Source: an uncultured virus (IMG/VR IMGVR_UViG_3300023175_000022) (taxonomy: Duplodnaviria > Heunggongvirae > Uroviricota > Caudoviricetes). Taken from it: 64,000 bases of DNA. The DNA lies in IMG/VR virus record IMGVR_UViG_3300023175_000022; one strand, written 5' to 3'. Shown here one piece after another: positions 8,192-19,266 of this stretch. Every line of letters starts with the position of its first letter. The stretch's first letter is position 1. The notes beneath the pieces are model-generated. The model ran no database searches. It saw only the letters and a program-made list of their open reading frames with translations, and was not told where the DNA came from. The translations under genes were made by a program, and so were the position numbers.

Positions 8192-10399
8192 ATGGCATAT
8201 TATAATTTAGGTGAATCTTTTAATTGGTTTGTAGGCAGAGTTGTCAAGCTTGATCCTGAAGAAGAAAAACAAACTCAACGTTATCTTGGCCGTGTAAAGG
8301 TAAGAGTATTACATGATCAAACTGGTGAATTAGGAAAAGTAGAAGGTACATATGGTATTAATGATGAAGATCTATTGTGGGCGTGGCCGCTTTCTTCTAT
8401 TCAATCTTCGAGTTTAAGTTATCGTAAGATAGTTGAATTAGAAAAATTTGAGACACCATTTTGGATTGATGCTGTTGGTACATCTCCGACCGGTATTGCA
8501 ATTGGCACATATGTATTTGGATTTTATCTCGACGGTCATGAAGCAAATATTCCAATTATTTTTGGTACGTATCATAAAAATTCATTATATCCTGAGCCGC
8601 CTACTGATAAAGCTACAGGTGAAATGCTACAGGTAGATGTACCAACTGAAGAATATGAATATATGGATGTATCAGCCTTAGCGAAAGGTTGGTGGTCTGA
8701 TAAACAAAGAGTGGCTAATCATCCTCTCGGTCAAGATTATGAAGCTGAAATTGCACCTGAAATAGGTGGACAATTATTACCTAAACATCCGTATAATTCT
8801 GGTAAGTTAGGTCTAGTAAAACAACCGCCATCAGATTATGATACAAAATATCCATATAATTTAGTTCATACTACAAAATCTGGACATGCGATAGAAATTG
8901 ACGATACTCCAGGCCATGAAAGAGTTCATATTTGGCATCGTTCAGGAAGCTATGAAGAAATTTCTAATGGTCCGCCAGAACAAAATAGAGATGGATTAAA
9001 GGGAGCATATCCACAAAATATGGGGCCTAATGCATGGGAAGAACCAGATTATTCCCATACATCAGTAAAAGAAAAGTGGGAAGGAAGACGAGTTAGAAAG
9101 ACTACAGAAAATGAATATAATATTGTTGTAGGAAATAAAGAAACACTTGTTCAAGAAAGTTTAAAGATAGAAGTTGCTAATAATACTACGTCAGGTATTA
9201 GTAATAACGAGTTTCATACGACAGGCAATAATATGTTTATTGCCGTTGGATTTGCACCGCGAACAACAACTGATGGCGAGAGAGTAATAAAATCAAAAAT
9301 AGCTCGTTATCAAAATGATGAATTTATTTGGAATAATGCTGAGAATAAATTATTACAAATTATGGACAAAAAAGTTTTGCCCGAAAAACAACAGGCAAAC
9401 TTTATTACTGATGTAGCAAACAACGTACAACTACATATCGGTTGGTCATATACGTATGCACGAGAACTTGACGAGCATTCAAAGAAAAATTATTATATAG
9501 AGCTAGCAAATAATCAAGTCACAACTATTGGTTGGATACCGAGAAATAATGAAAGAGGTGATGGTGAATCTAGACAGTTAAGTGATATCGAAGTTGTCAG
9601 TCAATATATTGATGTTAAAAATAATAGTCTACTGAATATTGGTTGGAAACCTCTTGACGATGCTAGAAATATCACAAAAACTGATGTAGCAAATAGATAT
9701 GAAGATATTAGAAATAATAGTTTTACAACTGTAGGTTGGAAACCAGTTGATGAAGCTAGACAAGTTACAGACAATGATGTTACTAATAGCTATTTAGATA
9801 TCAAAAATAATCAATTGTCTCTCGTTGGTTGGAAACCAGCTAGTGAAAGCAGAACAGAATATGGAACTGCGAATCATATTACTGACGTTAAAAATAATAC
9901 GTATTTAAATGTTGGTTATGATCCCGCAGGGAGTGATGCGAGGCAAGCTAGCGATGATGATGCATTTAATTATTATGTTGATGTTAAAAATAATGCTTCT
10001 CATACAACTCAAAATAACTTTTATCTCAGTGTAGGTAATTTACCAGCAGATGAAAGAAAAAGAGGGAATGAGGAAAGAGGTTTATATATTGATGTATCAA
10101 ATGAATGGGTGACGCGCGTAGGTACTGACATGGCGCTCGACGTTAGAGGTAATCAAACGCTAAATACTATTGGCAATACATTTTGGGATATGCATGGAGC
10201 AGCTACATTTAATTCTCGCAATGAATTCACTGTAAAATCTGAGGTGGGTGTGACATTCGATACTCCCAGTGTATCTATTCTCGGACCATTATTTGTACGA
10301 GATGGTATGGGAACAAAAATCGGTGTTTCGGATACATTTACAGCATTGAATGGTAAAGTAGTAACAGTGACTAATGGTGTAATAACTGGTATAGAATAA
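8192..10399 (+). CDS. gp5: Baseplate central spike protein (no lysozyme domain)
   Basis: N-terminal OB-fold (FNWFVGRV, LGRVKVRV, VFGFYLDG), YPYN...TKSGHAIEIDDTPGHERVHIWHRSGSY, and a beta-helix C-terminus. Confidence 0.9.
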   Translation: MAYYNLGESFNWFVGRVVKLDPEEEKQTQRYLGRVKVRVLHDQTGELGKVEGTYGINDEDLLWAWPLSSIQSSSLSYRKIVELEKFETPFWIDAVGTSPTGIAIGTYVFGFYLDGHEANIPIIFGTYHKNSLYPEPPTDKATGEMLQVDVPTEEYEYMDVSALAKGWWSDKQRVANHPLGQDYEAEIAPEIGGQLLPKHPYNSGKLGLVKQPPSDYDTKYPYNLVHTTKSGHAIEIDDTPGHERVHIWHRSGSYEEISNGPPEQNRDGLKGAYPQNMGPNAWEEPDYSHTSVKEKWEGRRVRKTTENEYNIVVGNKETLVQESLKIEVANNTTSGISNNEFHTTGNNMFIAVGFAPRTTTDGERVIKSKIARYQNDEFIWNNAENKLLQIMDKKVLPEKQQANFITDVANNVQLHIGWSYTYARELDEHSKKNYYIELANNQVTTIGWIPRNNERGDGESRQLSDIEVVSQYIDVKNNSLLNIGWKPLDDARNITKTDVANRYEDIRNNSFTTVGWKPVDEARQVTDNDVTNSYLDIKNNQLSLVGWKPASESRTEYGTANHITDVKNNTYLNVGYDPAGSDARQASDDDAFNYYVDVKNNASHTTQNNFYLSVGNLPADERKRGNEERGLYIDVSNEWVTRVGTDMALDVRGNQTLNTIGNTFWDMHGAATFNSRNEFTVKSEVGVTFDTPSVSILGPLFVRDGMGTKIGVSDTFTALNGKVVTVTNGVITGIE

Positions 10400-10409
10400 G
10401 GTAAAAATA

Positions 10410-11105
10410 ATGTCAGTTGAAAAAACAATAGATCGACTCAATGAAATGAAAGCGGAACTTGAAGCCGCTACAGGCATGACTGAGGTAGAAATACCTGGTC
10501 CTCCTGAAGGCCAAACTGCAATGGTCGCAGGAGAGTTTAGTTGTGAAAGATTAGAAATGCTAGTTGAAGAACACGTAAAAACTGTTGTTGATATGATTAA
10601 AGGAAAAGCACAAGAGATTAGCGAGTTAATGTCTAATTATGCACCGATATTATCATTACCATCTGATCCGTTAAAAATAATTAAATGGGCTAAAAAGGTA
10701 GTGACTGGAATGGCAGGTCCAGCAATCGAGGCGGCAATTAAACTGGCTATACAGATAGCTCAATTGGCTGGAGCATTGGCTGGATTAGCAGCGGCTGCAG
10801 CACAGGCCGCTACGAGATTAGCTAATTGTATTACCGATTTAGTTTTTGATACACTCAGCACTCTCAAAAATACTTTACTCGAAAATGCAATTGGTTTATA
10901 TAATCAAGCAACCGGGATTTATGAAAGTCTGAAAGATCAGGCCTTAGAGCAATTGGGCTTTAATGAATTACTTGATCTCAGAGAAGATGTACTAGGCCAG
11001 GTCACTACATTGATGGATACAGTAGGAGAAATAGAAACTGCTGTTGATAGCATTAATCAAAGTGCCGATACTTTAAATAATATAGAAATACCCGCGGGAG
11101 TTTAA
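10410..11105 (+). CDS. Hypothetical helical protein, probably baseplate-associated
   Basis: 231-aa Ala-rich helical ORF with an SD-like AAGG, between gp5 and gp25. Confidence 0.7.
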   Translation: MSVEKTIDRLNEMKAELEAATGMTEVEIPGPPEGQTAMVAGEFSCERLEMLVEEHVKTVVDMIKGKAQEISELMSNYAPILSLPSDPLKIIKWAKKVVTGMAGPAIEAAIKLAIQIAQLAGALAGLAAAAAQAATRLANCITDLVFDTLSTLKNTLLENAIGLYNQATGIYESLKDQALEQLGFNELLDLREDVLGQVTTLMDTVGEIETAVDSINQSADTLNNIEIPAGV

Positions 11106-11107
11106 TA

Positions 11108-11914
11108 ATGAGTACATGTCATGTTGATTTGAATCCCGATGGAACTCGCAGTCATACTACTGAAGGCAATTTAGTTCCTTCTTATTCGACAGTTAATGGT
11201 GTAGCCGTAAATGGATCTGCATACCATCTACCAATATTTCCATATAATGTTATTAATGTTGCAAATACATTAAATTTTTCGAATGATACAATTGGATTTG
11301 TCGAGTTTTGTAATCAATTAGAAACAAATGCTTATCAGTTAGCAAATGATTTAGCAGCATTAGCTAATACTAAAAATACAGAAGCTGCAAATGTGAGAGA
11401 TGATGTTGGAAATACATGTGAAGTAGATTTTGATATTCAGGCTAATAACTTTATTATAAATTGTAATGCTATGGTTGTAGATCAATGTGATGGTATATTA
11501 CCTGATGTACAATTTTATAGCAATGATTTTAATGTTGAAGCCAATAATTTTGTAATCAATTCTGATGTACAATTTTACAGTAATGAATTTAATGTAAATG
11601 CTAATGATGATTTTGATGTTAAAGCTAATAATTTTGTAATCAATTGTAATTCAACATTTACAATTGAACATAACGGAGGGAATGATCCCGAAGTTATTAT
11701 AAATTGCGACAATTTTAAAATTGTTAGTCAAGGAGTTACTATTACAGTTTCTGGTGGCAGTATATCGATAAGCGGGGGCACTTTAGATTTGCCGGCCGGT
11801 ACGACAGTTGATGGTTCTGCTATTGCTACTCTAAATCATACTCATACACCCGGAACATTAGCAGCAGATATTAACACTGGCGCAATTAGTGGTAGCACTG
11901 GTATTGGATCATAA
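11108..11914 (+). CDS. Spike-like beta-helix protein with HxH apex (gpV/gp138-like)
   Basis: Short beta repeats (DVQFYSNxFNVxANNFVIN, 60-bp DNA repeat) and C-terminal TVDG...LNHTH...GSTG. Confidence 0.55.
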   Translation: MSTCHVDLNPDGTRSHTTEGNLVPSYSTVNGVAVNGSAYHLPIFPYNVINVANTLNFSNDTIGFVEFCNQLETNAYQLANDLAALANTKNTEAANVRDDVGNTCEVDFDIQANNFIINCNAMVVDQCDGILPDVQFYSNDFNVEANNFVINSDVQFYSNEFNVNANDDFDVKANNFVINCNSTFTIEHNGGNDPEVIINCDNFKIVSQGVTITVSGGSISISGGTLDLPAGTTVDGSAIATLNHTHTPGTLAADINTGAISGSTGIGS

Positions 11915-11936
11915 ATAGAAATTAAAAGAGAAAACC

Positions 11937-12374
11937 ATGGGTGTAAAAACAGCCAAGAAGAATGACGAATATAAGCTATCAGATAAAAGACGTGATTTTT
12001 ATAGCGATTTTAATCATACTTTTTTAGCTCATCCTCATACTCAACAAATTAGCCGTAAAACTAATGCTGATGCTGTTAAAATGGCATTGCGCAATCTTAT
12101 TCTCACTAATAAATATGAGAAGCTGAGAAATCCCGATTTTGGTGGTAATATTAGAAGACATTTATTCGAGCCATTCGATGATCAGCGGATACCTCAAGAA
12201 ATTGAAAGACATATTAAAGAGCTCGTAAAAAATTATGAGCCGCGAGTTCGATTAAACAGCGTTGAAGTAACTTCAAACGAAGAATACAACGAAATGAATG
12301 TACATATAGTTTTTAGTATCATTACATCTCAAACGGACGAAACGCTAGACATCACACTTTATAGAGTACGTTAA
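11937..12374 (+). CDS. gp25: Baseplate wedge subunit
   Basis: AVKMALRNLILT..YE...NPDFGGN...LFEP and YEPRV motifs. Confidence 0.93.
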   Translation: MGVKTAKKNDEYKLSDKRRDFYSDFNHTFLAHPHTQQISRKTNADAVKMALRNLILTNKYEKLRNPDFGGNIRRHLFEPFDDQRIPQEIERHIKELVKNYEPRVRLNSVEVTSNEEYNEMNVHIVFSIITSQTDETLDITLYRVR

Positions 12375-12375
12375 A

Positions 12376-14163
12376 ATGGCCGCAAGCAAAAATCTTACAA
12401 CTCTCGATTTCGATAGCATAAAACAAAATCTAAAAGAATATCTATCCGGTTCAAAAGAATACGGTCATATCTTTAAAGATTATGATTTCGAAGCTTCGAA
12501 TATCAATGCTCTTCTTGATGTTTTAGCATATAATACGAATCTAAATAATTTTTATATTAATATGATAGCAAGTGAAATGTTTTTAGATTCTGCTTTATTA
12601 CGTGATTCAATTATTTCTCATGTAAAAGAATTAAATTATATTCCTCGATCATTTAGATCTGCATATGCACGTGTAAATATTGTGCTAACAGATAATACTA
12701 CGAATGCTACGGTTTTGATTCCGCGCGGCACTACTTTTACTGGCACTTCAGGAAATAAAAACTTTACGTTTACTACTTCAGAAAATATACAAGCTCTACA
12801 GACGGACACAAACCAATACACGGCTGAAGATGTTATTCTATATGAAGGAGATTATGTAAAAGACTCTTTTGTTGTTGGTCAAACAGCTCGCTATATCGTA
12901 ACAAATAAAACAATTGATACTAATAGTATTAAAGTTACAATAATTGAGGATAATGGTGCTACAGTTTTGTCATATGAAAGGACAGATAGTTTACTTGGTC
13001 TCGGTGTTGCTGATCAAGTTTATTTTCTTCAAGCCGCAGAAGGTGATACTTACGAAATACAATTCGGCGACGGAGTAATAGGTCGACCGCCAAAAAATAA
13101 TTCTATCGTTCTTATAGAATATCGTGCGTGCAATGGCGAATTACCAAATGGTATTTCAAAATTTGCTGCTGATGGTCCTATCGGCACAGCATCTGTTACT
13201 GATATCGAGACTATCGAACGAGCAGCAGCAGGCTCTGTACCCGAAAGTTTAGAATCAATTAAACTCAATGCTCCTCGTGCTTTTACTACACAGGAAAGAG
13301 TTGTGACTGCTAACGATTATGCTACATTATTAAAAGCAAATTTTTCAGAAATCAATGATGTTGCTGCATATGGCGGAGAAGAGTTCGAACCGCCTATGTT
13401 TGGTAAAGTTATCGTCGCAGTTGATTTAAAAAATACAGATGAATTGCCAAAAAGCTTTAGAGACAAGTATAGACAATTTGTCAAACCTAGAAGCCCGTTA
13501 TCTATCGATCCAGTTTTCGTAAAACCTGATTACATGTATCTGAGTGTTAATTCAAATGTGAAATATAATATTACTCAGACATCTCTCGGTGTAGATGATA
13601 TACGAGCAATTGTAATTTCTGCTATACAATCATTTAATGCAAATAATTTGGAAGGATTTAATAAAACGCTACATTATAGTAAATTAATCGCTGCTATCGA
13701 CGCCGCTCAAGATTCTATTATCAGTAACGATACGACAGTATCTGCTACAAAGTTTATTGCAATACCAGAACAGACAAAAAGAAATTACACTCTTGATTTT
13801 GCAATGCAATTAAAAAATGATATAGGTCAAAAGTTAGGAAATCATTCGAAAAATCAATTGTCTGTTGTTAAATCTGAACCATTTACCTATGACGGTATGA
13901 CATCTTTTCTCGAGGATGACGGCTTAGGCACAATTAACGTTGTTAGAGAAAATGGAGATGAGCACGAAATTATTACTCCGATTGGAGTTGTTAATTATGA
14001 TACTGGGGTAATTAAACTAGAAAACTTTTCGACAGGTAGTTTAAAGACCACGTTTAAATTGACTGTTACGCCTCGAGCTAAAGATATTTTTTCACAACGG
14101 CGCTCTATTATCAGAGTCTTAGACGAAGATATTTCTGTAAAAATCCAGCAGGTTAGACTTTAA
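12376..14163 (+). CDS. gp6: Baseplate wedge subunit
   Basis: LDFDSIKQNL, FKDYDFEAS...LLDVLAYNT, EMFLDSA, YEIQFGDG..G and QERVVTANDY. Confidence 0.95.
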   Translation: MAASKNLTTLDFDSIKQNLKEYLSGSKEYGHIFKDYDFEASNINALLDVLAYNTNLNNFYINMIASEMFLDSALLRDSIISHVKELNYIPRSFRSAYARVNIVLTDNTTNATVLIPRGTTFTGTSGNKNFTFTTSENIQALQTDTNQYTAEDVILYEGDYVKDSFVVGQTARYIVTNKTIDTNSIKVTIIEDNGATVLSYERTDSLLGLGVADQVYFLQAAEGDTYEIQFGDGVIGRPPKNNSIVLIEYRACNGELPNGISKFAADGPIGTASVTDIETIERAAAGSVPESLESIKLNAPRAFTTQERVVTANDYATLLKANFSEINDVAAYGGEEFEPPMFGKVIVAVDLKNTDELPKSFRDKYRQFVKPRSPLSIDPVFVKPDYMYLSVNSNVKYNITQTSLGVDDIRAIVISAIQSFNANNLEGFNKTLHYSKLIAAIDAAQDSIISNDTTVSATKFIAIPEQTKRNYTLDFAMQLKNDIGQKLGNHSKNQLSVVKSEPFTYDGMTSFLEDDGLGTINVVRENGDEHEIITPIGVVNYDTGVIKLENFSTGSLKTTFKLTVTPRAKDIFSQRRSIIRVLDEDISVKIQQVRL

Positions 14164-17069
14164 TGTCAATTGAAATAGAAAAAAATATTTCTAAATTCGT
14201 CAGTACGCAACTGCCAGATTTTTATCGTGAAGAAGGGCCGCAGTTCATTGCTTTTGTAAAAGCATATTATGAATGGTTAGAAAGCAAACAATTTGAATAT
14301 AAACCTCGCGATGCAAAAGATAGCGATCCATGGACAGTCGTCGATAATCCATCAGCAACGTTACATCACAGCAGGAATTTAACAAATTATAGAGATATTG
14401 ATAATACTCTCGACGAGTTTATTCTAGACTTTAAAAACAAATATCTACCGAATATTCAATTTAATATTGCAACAAATAAGAAACTGTTTATTAAAAATGC
14501 TTTAGAATTTTATAGAGCGAAGGGTACAGAACGAGCAGTTGATCTCTTTTTTAAATTAGTATATGGATTAGAAGCGCGAGTATACGAGCCAGCTCGCGAT
14601 CTTTTTAAACTATCTGATAATGAATGGGAAAATAAAAGATATTTAGAAATGGTACCTAGTCCTATTAATGTAGGATTTATAGGTAGACAAATTTATGGTG
14701 ATACATCGAAAGCTACAGCTTTTGCTGAAAGATTAGTAAGAGTTAAAAAGGGATCTTTGTTTGTAGAAGTAATATACCTAAGCGCATTGAATGGTGTATT
14801 TCAGACAAACGAACAAATAAGAACTAGACCAGAAATAGGATCAGATATAGTATATCAAAACGAAGTGATTGGTTCTTTGACCTCTTTAGAAATTAATGCT
14901 ACTGATCCAAATTTTGTGGTAGGTGAAGAGGTTGTCGTCGAGGGCGGAAAAGGTAAAAAGGCCCGGGCAATCGTTACTAGTATAGAATCAGAGGTGGGTG
15001 TAGTAAGTTTTGATATTCTCGATCATGAATCAGGTTGGGGATATAGCGCGGATTCTCTTGTAATTGGTGCCGATAGAGAATTATTATTAGATGATATAAC
15101 TGTTGAAAATACAGATTATTTTTATCATGTTGATCCGTTTCAACGATTTAAATCTGTACATCAAGATTTATCATTAATTACTTTTGATCAAGATAATAGT
15201 AACGCGGCTGCATATACTTTAGGCACAGACTTATTAGTCTATCATAATGGTAATACTGCATCAAATGTTGTTTTTAATTGTACTATTGTTGAAGTTAATA
15301 CAAATCAAGACTATATAATTGTAAACTATATAAAATCCAATTATGTAAATTCAAATAATGAAATACAATTAGATGATGGTAATTTATTTCATTCAAATGT
15401 AATTAGCTCTTTTTATACATCAGACGGCGCCGAGTTAGTTGTCGACACAACAGCAAACATTGTTGATGCATCTATATCAGGCAATGTTATTGCAACGAGC
15501 AATACTCTTACACTTGAATATACAACAACAGGACAACCACTGATAGGCGGAGATATTCTATATCAAAAAGAAGAAACAGCGGGTGTAAGATACGTACATG
15601 CCGTTGTAGCAAACACATTTGCAAATACTACTTCAGGTCAGCTGTACGCTAATGTTATCAGAGAAAAAGGTTTTTTTAGAACAAATAAACCATTTTATCG
15701 AAATCGTGTTGGTGAAAAAGATTTAGAATGCAATATTACGAAATTATCAAATGTACAAATTGGTATTATTAATAATGGAACCGAATTACAGGGCGGCATA
15801 CCATTTAAAAAATTAGCAAATACTTACACATCAAATACCGAATTAGGTTCGTATGCAAGTGGTTCGTCGAATAATAATAGCTTTTCTTTTACCAATAAGG
15901 CATCGTTCAAAGGACCTGAATCATCTCTTTCTGATACACAAGATTATTTCTATTATGAAACGACAACAAGAGAAGGTGGTCCGTTCTATATTAATCTATT
16001 AGATATCGCTTCAACTAATATAGGCGATATATTAAATTACGATACCGGCAATCCTAATTCTGTTTTTGAATGGATTGCATCTGGTAACCAAATACAATTA
16101 TCTAATACGGTTTTATCTGATGCTTTAAATTATACTAATACAGCTATATCAGTAGGGTCATTAGAACAAATTGTAGTGACTAACCCGGGTGAAGGATACG
16201 GTATCGCTCCATCTTATATTGTATTTGATCCACTTGCGTTCCATACTGAGAGATATGATTTCTATATTAAATACTATGATGAAGGTGCTGATAATATTAG
16301 AAAAGCTTTTAGACTGGGAGAGATAGTAAAATCTGCTGGCAAAGACAATGCATTCGGCAGAATTATGAGCTTTGATATTACTAAAAGAGAAATGAAGGTC
16401 ACACGACTTTTTGCTTCTCAAGATGTAACTGCTAATTCAGATACTCAGTGGAGCGTAGATGAAGACTTTAGAATAGGTGATACACTTGAAGGACAAACAT
16501 CGGGTGTCGCAGTGACTATTGAAGTAGTAGATGAATTAAGAATGCATCCAAGAGTAGGTTTAAATGCTGTGATTAATACCGAAACTCTATCAGGTGATGG
16601 TTTTGCAACTTCATTGAGAGTTATTGATTCGGGTATCGGATATTTTGGCCGGCAGCTCGATCCGGTCACAGATACTTACGTCAGAGGAGAACCTCTCGTT
16701 TTAAGATCTGTAACTGATTCTAATAAATCAATATCTGTGTATGGTTATTTAGGTCAAAATGGTATAGCGCCCGGTGTACATCCCAATAGAAAATCATTTT
16801 TGAGTTCGGATAAATATCTTCATGACAATGATTTTTATCAAGAATATTCATATCAAGTTTTAACTTCTCTGCCATTTAGCAAATATAAGCAAACACTCAT
16901 AGATGTATTGCATTTGTCAGGAAGTAAACCATTTGGTGGTTTTGTCGGTACTTCAGAATCACCTGTCGGAATTGATGCAACTCAATCATCGACAACATGG
17001 AATATTAAACAATATGGTTTATTTGTTAATGAAAATACTTTCTATACTAACACTACAGTTAGTACATAA
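14163..17069 (+). CDS. gp7: Baseplate wedge initiator
   Basis: QLPDFYREE.P.FIAFVKAYYEWLE, FYRAKGT, and C-terminal LHDNDFYQEYSYQV...LHLSG.K.FG. Confidence 0.85.
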   Translation: MSIEIEKNISKFVSTQLPDFYREEGPQFIAFVKAYYEWLESKQFEYKPRDAKDSDPWTVVDNPSATLHHSRNLTNYRDIDNTLDEFILDFKNKYLPNIQFNIATNKKLFIKNALEFYRAKGTERAVDLFFKLVYGLEARVYEPARDLFKLSDNEWENKRYLEMVPSPINVGFIGRQIYGDTSKATAFAERLVRVKKGSLFVEVIYLSALNGVFQTNEQIRTRPEIGSDIVYQNEVIGSLTSLEINATDPNFVVGEEVVVEGGKGKKARAIVTSIESEVGVVSFDILDHESGWGYSADSLVIGADRELLLDDITVENTDYFYHVDPFQRFKSVHQDLSLITFDQDNSNAAAYTLGTDLLVYHNGNTASNVVFNCTIVEVNTNQDYIIVNYIKSNYVNSNNEIQLDDGNLFHSNVISSFYTSDGAELVVDTTANIVDASISGNVIATSNTLTLEYTTTGQPLIGGDILYQKEETAGVRYVHAVVANTFANTTSGQLYANVIREKGFFRTNKPFYRNRVGEKDLECNITKLSNVQIGIINNGTELQGGIPFKKLANTYTSNTELGSYASGSSNNNSFSFTNKASFKGPESSLSDTQDYFYYETTTREGGPFYINLLDIASTNIGDILNYDTGNPNSVFEWIASGNQIQLSNTVLSDALNYTNTAISVGSLEQIVVTNPGEGYGIAPSYIVFDPLAFHTERYDFYIKYYDEGADNIRKAFRLGEIVKSAGKDNAFGRIMSFDITKREMKVTRLFASQDVTANSDTQWSVDEDFRIGDTLEGQTSGVAVTIEVVDELRMHPRVGLNAVINTETLSGDGFATSLRVIDSGIGYFGRQLDPVTDTYVRGEPLVLRSVTDSNKSISVYGYLGQNGIAPGVHPNRKSFLSSDKYLHDNDFYQEYSYQVLTSLPFSKYKQTLIDVLHLSGSKPFGGFVGTSESPVGIDATQSSTTWNIKQYGLFVNENTFYTNTTVST

Positions 17070-17094
17070 ATAACTATTATTTTTAGAGAATAAA

Positions 17095-19263
17095 ATGGCA
17101 AAGACACTTGTACCAGCTGAATTTAAAACACATATTATAGATCAGCTAATAGAATCAATCACAGAAAGAGCTAACACATCTTACTATGCTTTTGTGGGAG
17201 ATCATGAATCTGTTGCCTCGACACTCGAAGAAGTAAATCCTCCTCTCGAAACAATAAAAAAATTAAATTCAGATGTTTTCCGAAATATGATTTTTGGAAA
17301 ACGTTTATCTAATACCGATATTAAATTCGTAGTGAATAGAAACGATTGGGTTGAAGGTACTACATACGAAATGTATGATGATGAAACTATAGAACTTCAA
17401 GATAAAAACTTTTATATTGCAGTCGATGAAGATTCATACAAACATGTATATAAGTGTCTTTATAATGCAAATAATTCTCCCAGCACTATCAAACCTCTTT
17501 TTGAAGATGCAAAATATGATGCAAATCTATATGTACCCGGTGATGACTATTATGAAACATCTGATGGTTATCAATGGAAATACATGTATTCTATTACATC
17601 TACAGAATTTACTAAATTTGCTACTGAAAAATTTATGCCAGTTACAGCGAATACTGCTGTACAAGATAATGCTATCGAAGGCTCAATTGATGTAATTAAA
17701 GTGATTACACACGGTAAAAATTATCAAAATCATTTGAGTGGTAAATTTGAAGTAGCGGATTTGAATAGAATTTCAGCATCGATAGCAGCCATTTATAATT
17801 TAACAAATGCAAATCGATGTTATCGTTTAGAAGTTGGTGCTGATCAAACTGAAAATTTCTATAAAAATACTATGATGTATTTGACAAGCGGTGTAGGTTC
17901 AGGTCAATATCGCAAGGTTATAAGATCAATAGAAATACCAGATATTGGTGGTGTTTTTGTAGAATTAGAAGATAACTTTTTGACCATACCGGATGAAACA
18001 ACAACTTATGAACTTTCGCCCGCAGTTGAGATTATAGGAGATGGTACGCAGACTACAAATGCAGTAGCGCGCGCTATTATTAACGCAACAGCCTCTGATA
18101 GCGTACACAAAATAGAAATGTTAGATGTCGGAGCGAATTATTCTTATAGTACAGCAAGAGTTTTGACGGGTAGTCCAAGACAAGTAAATGGTTTGTCTGT
18201 TGTTGTAACTCCAGCAGAAATCAGACCAATCGCATCACCTCAAGGTGGTCATGGTGCAAATACTGTAGTTGAATTCGGAGCTAAAAGAATTTCATTTAGT
18301 ACTCGATTTAATCGAGGGGAATCTGGATTAGTTGAACCTGTAAATACTTTCGGACAATTTGGAATTATCAGAAATCCACAATTTGCGAACGTTGCAATTT
18401 ATACCGAAAATGTTTCAGGAGGTTTCATTGAAGGAGAAACTATTTGCCAATTTACTAAATTGCAATTAGGTGATCAAGCATCATGGATGGCTAATAGCGT
18501 CGTCGGTAATTTTATGTTAGATCAATCTGGTTTATCCAGTAACGAATACGGTAGACATTTTAAATCGGGCGATTATGTGTACATAGTGACCAATGATGGA
18601 GTTAATCCTACTCATCTATTAACAACGGTAGGTAATGCATCTAATTCTACTGCTATTCATTTATCTGAAGCGACCAATTTTACTGACGGTACATTATGCA
18701 CTGTATATTATGTTCATAAACAAGCTGAAGCCACTGTTCGTAATGTGAACCCGCCATTTCCATTAACAAATACTCCTGCTACAGGCATGTTAGTTGATGA
18801 TTGTACTCCAGAATTTAGAAAAGGGAGTACAATATATGGGTTACAATCTAAAAATATAGCAACCATTAAAGGAATTGATATAAATAATAGGATTAATGAT
18901 GGCAATGCTGATTTTATTTTTAATAATTTTAGGCAAACTATAAAAATAATCGGCTCTGCTATTTCTAATGGTCCATTTGAAGAAGATGAAACAGTGACTC
19001 AAGGATCTGCTACAGCACAAGTTCATTCTATCCAAGGAAATAACATTTATCTTACTAATATTGTAGGAGACTTTAGTACAATTGGAGACATAGTTGGTTC
19101 AAGTAGCGGTGCTATTATGTCTGGTATTGTCGGTAATGAGCTAGATATTGTGTATGGAGATCTAGATCCAAACTCAGGTAGTGTGATTTATATACAAAAT
19201 GATATTCCTGTCGATAGAGAAGAAAATCAAACAGAAGAAATTCGTGTAATATTGGAGTTTTAA
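17095..19263 (+). CDS. gp8: Baseplate wedge subunit
   Basis: R.DW..GTTY.MYDD, VYKCLYN, TSDGYQWKYMYSI, P.GGHG and C-terminal SG.VIYI.N..PV.R...QTEEIRVILEF. Confidence 0.92.
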   Translation: MAKTLVPAEFKTHIIDQLIESITERANTSYYAFVGDHESVASTLEEVNPPLETIKKLNSDVFRNMIFGKRLSNTDIKFVVNRNDWVEGTTYEMYDDETIELQDKNFYIAVDEDSYKHVYKCLYNANNSPSTIKPLFEDAKYDANLYVPGDDYYETSDGYQWKYMYSITSTEFTKFATEKFMPVTANTAVQDNAIEGSIDVIKVITHGKNYQNHLSGKFEVADLNRISASIAAIYNLTNANRCYRLEVGADQTENFYKNTMMYLTSGVGSGQYRKVIRSIEIPDIGGVFVELEDNFLTIPDETTTYELSPAVEIIGDGTQTTNAVARAIINATASDSVHKIEMLDVGANYSYSTARVLTGSPRQVNGLSVVVTPAEIRPIASPQGGHGANTVVEFGAKRISFSTRFNRGESGLVEPVNTFGQFGIIRNPQFANVAIYTENVSGGFIEGETICQFTKLQLGDQASWMANSVVGNFMLDQSGLSSNEYGRHFKSGDYVYIVTNDGVNPTHLLTTVGNASNSTAIHLSEATNFTDGTLCTVYYVHKQAEATVRNVNPPFPLTNTPATGMLVDDCTPEFRKGSTIYGLQSKNIATIKGIDINNRINDGNADFIFNNFRQTIKIIGSAISNGPFEEDETVTQGSATAQVHSIQGNNIYLTNIVGDFSTIGDIVGSSSGAIMSGIVGNELDIVYGDLDPNSGSVIYIQNDIPVDREENQTEEIRVILEF

Positions 19264-19266
19264 GTA

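Noticed and set aside
18879..18886. Intragenic TATAAATA copies (also 51335 and 60737)
   Set aside because: Some chance matches are expected in AT-rich DNA, so these were not called.
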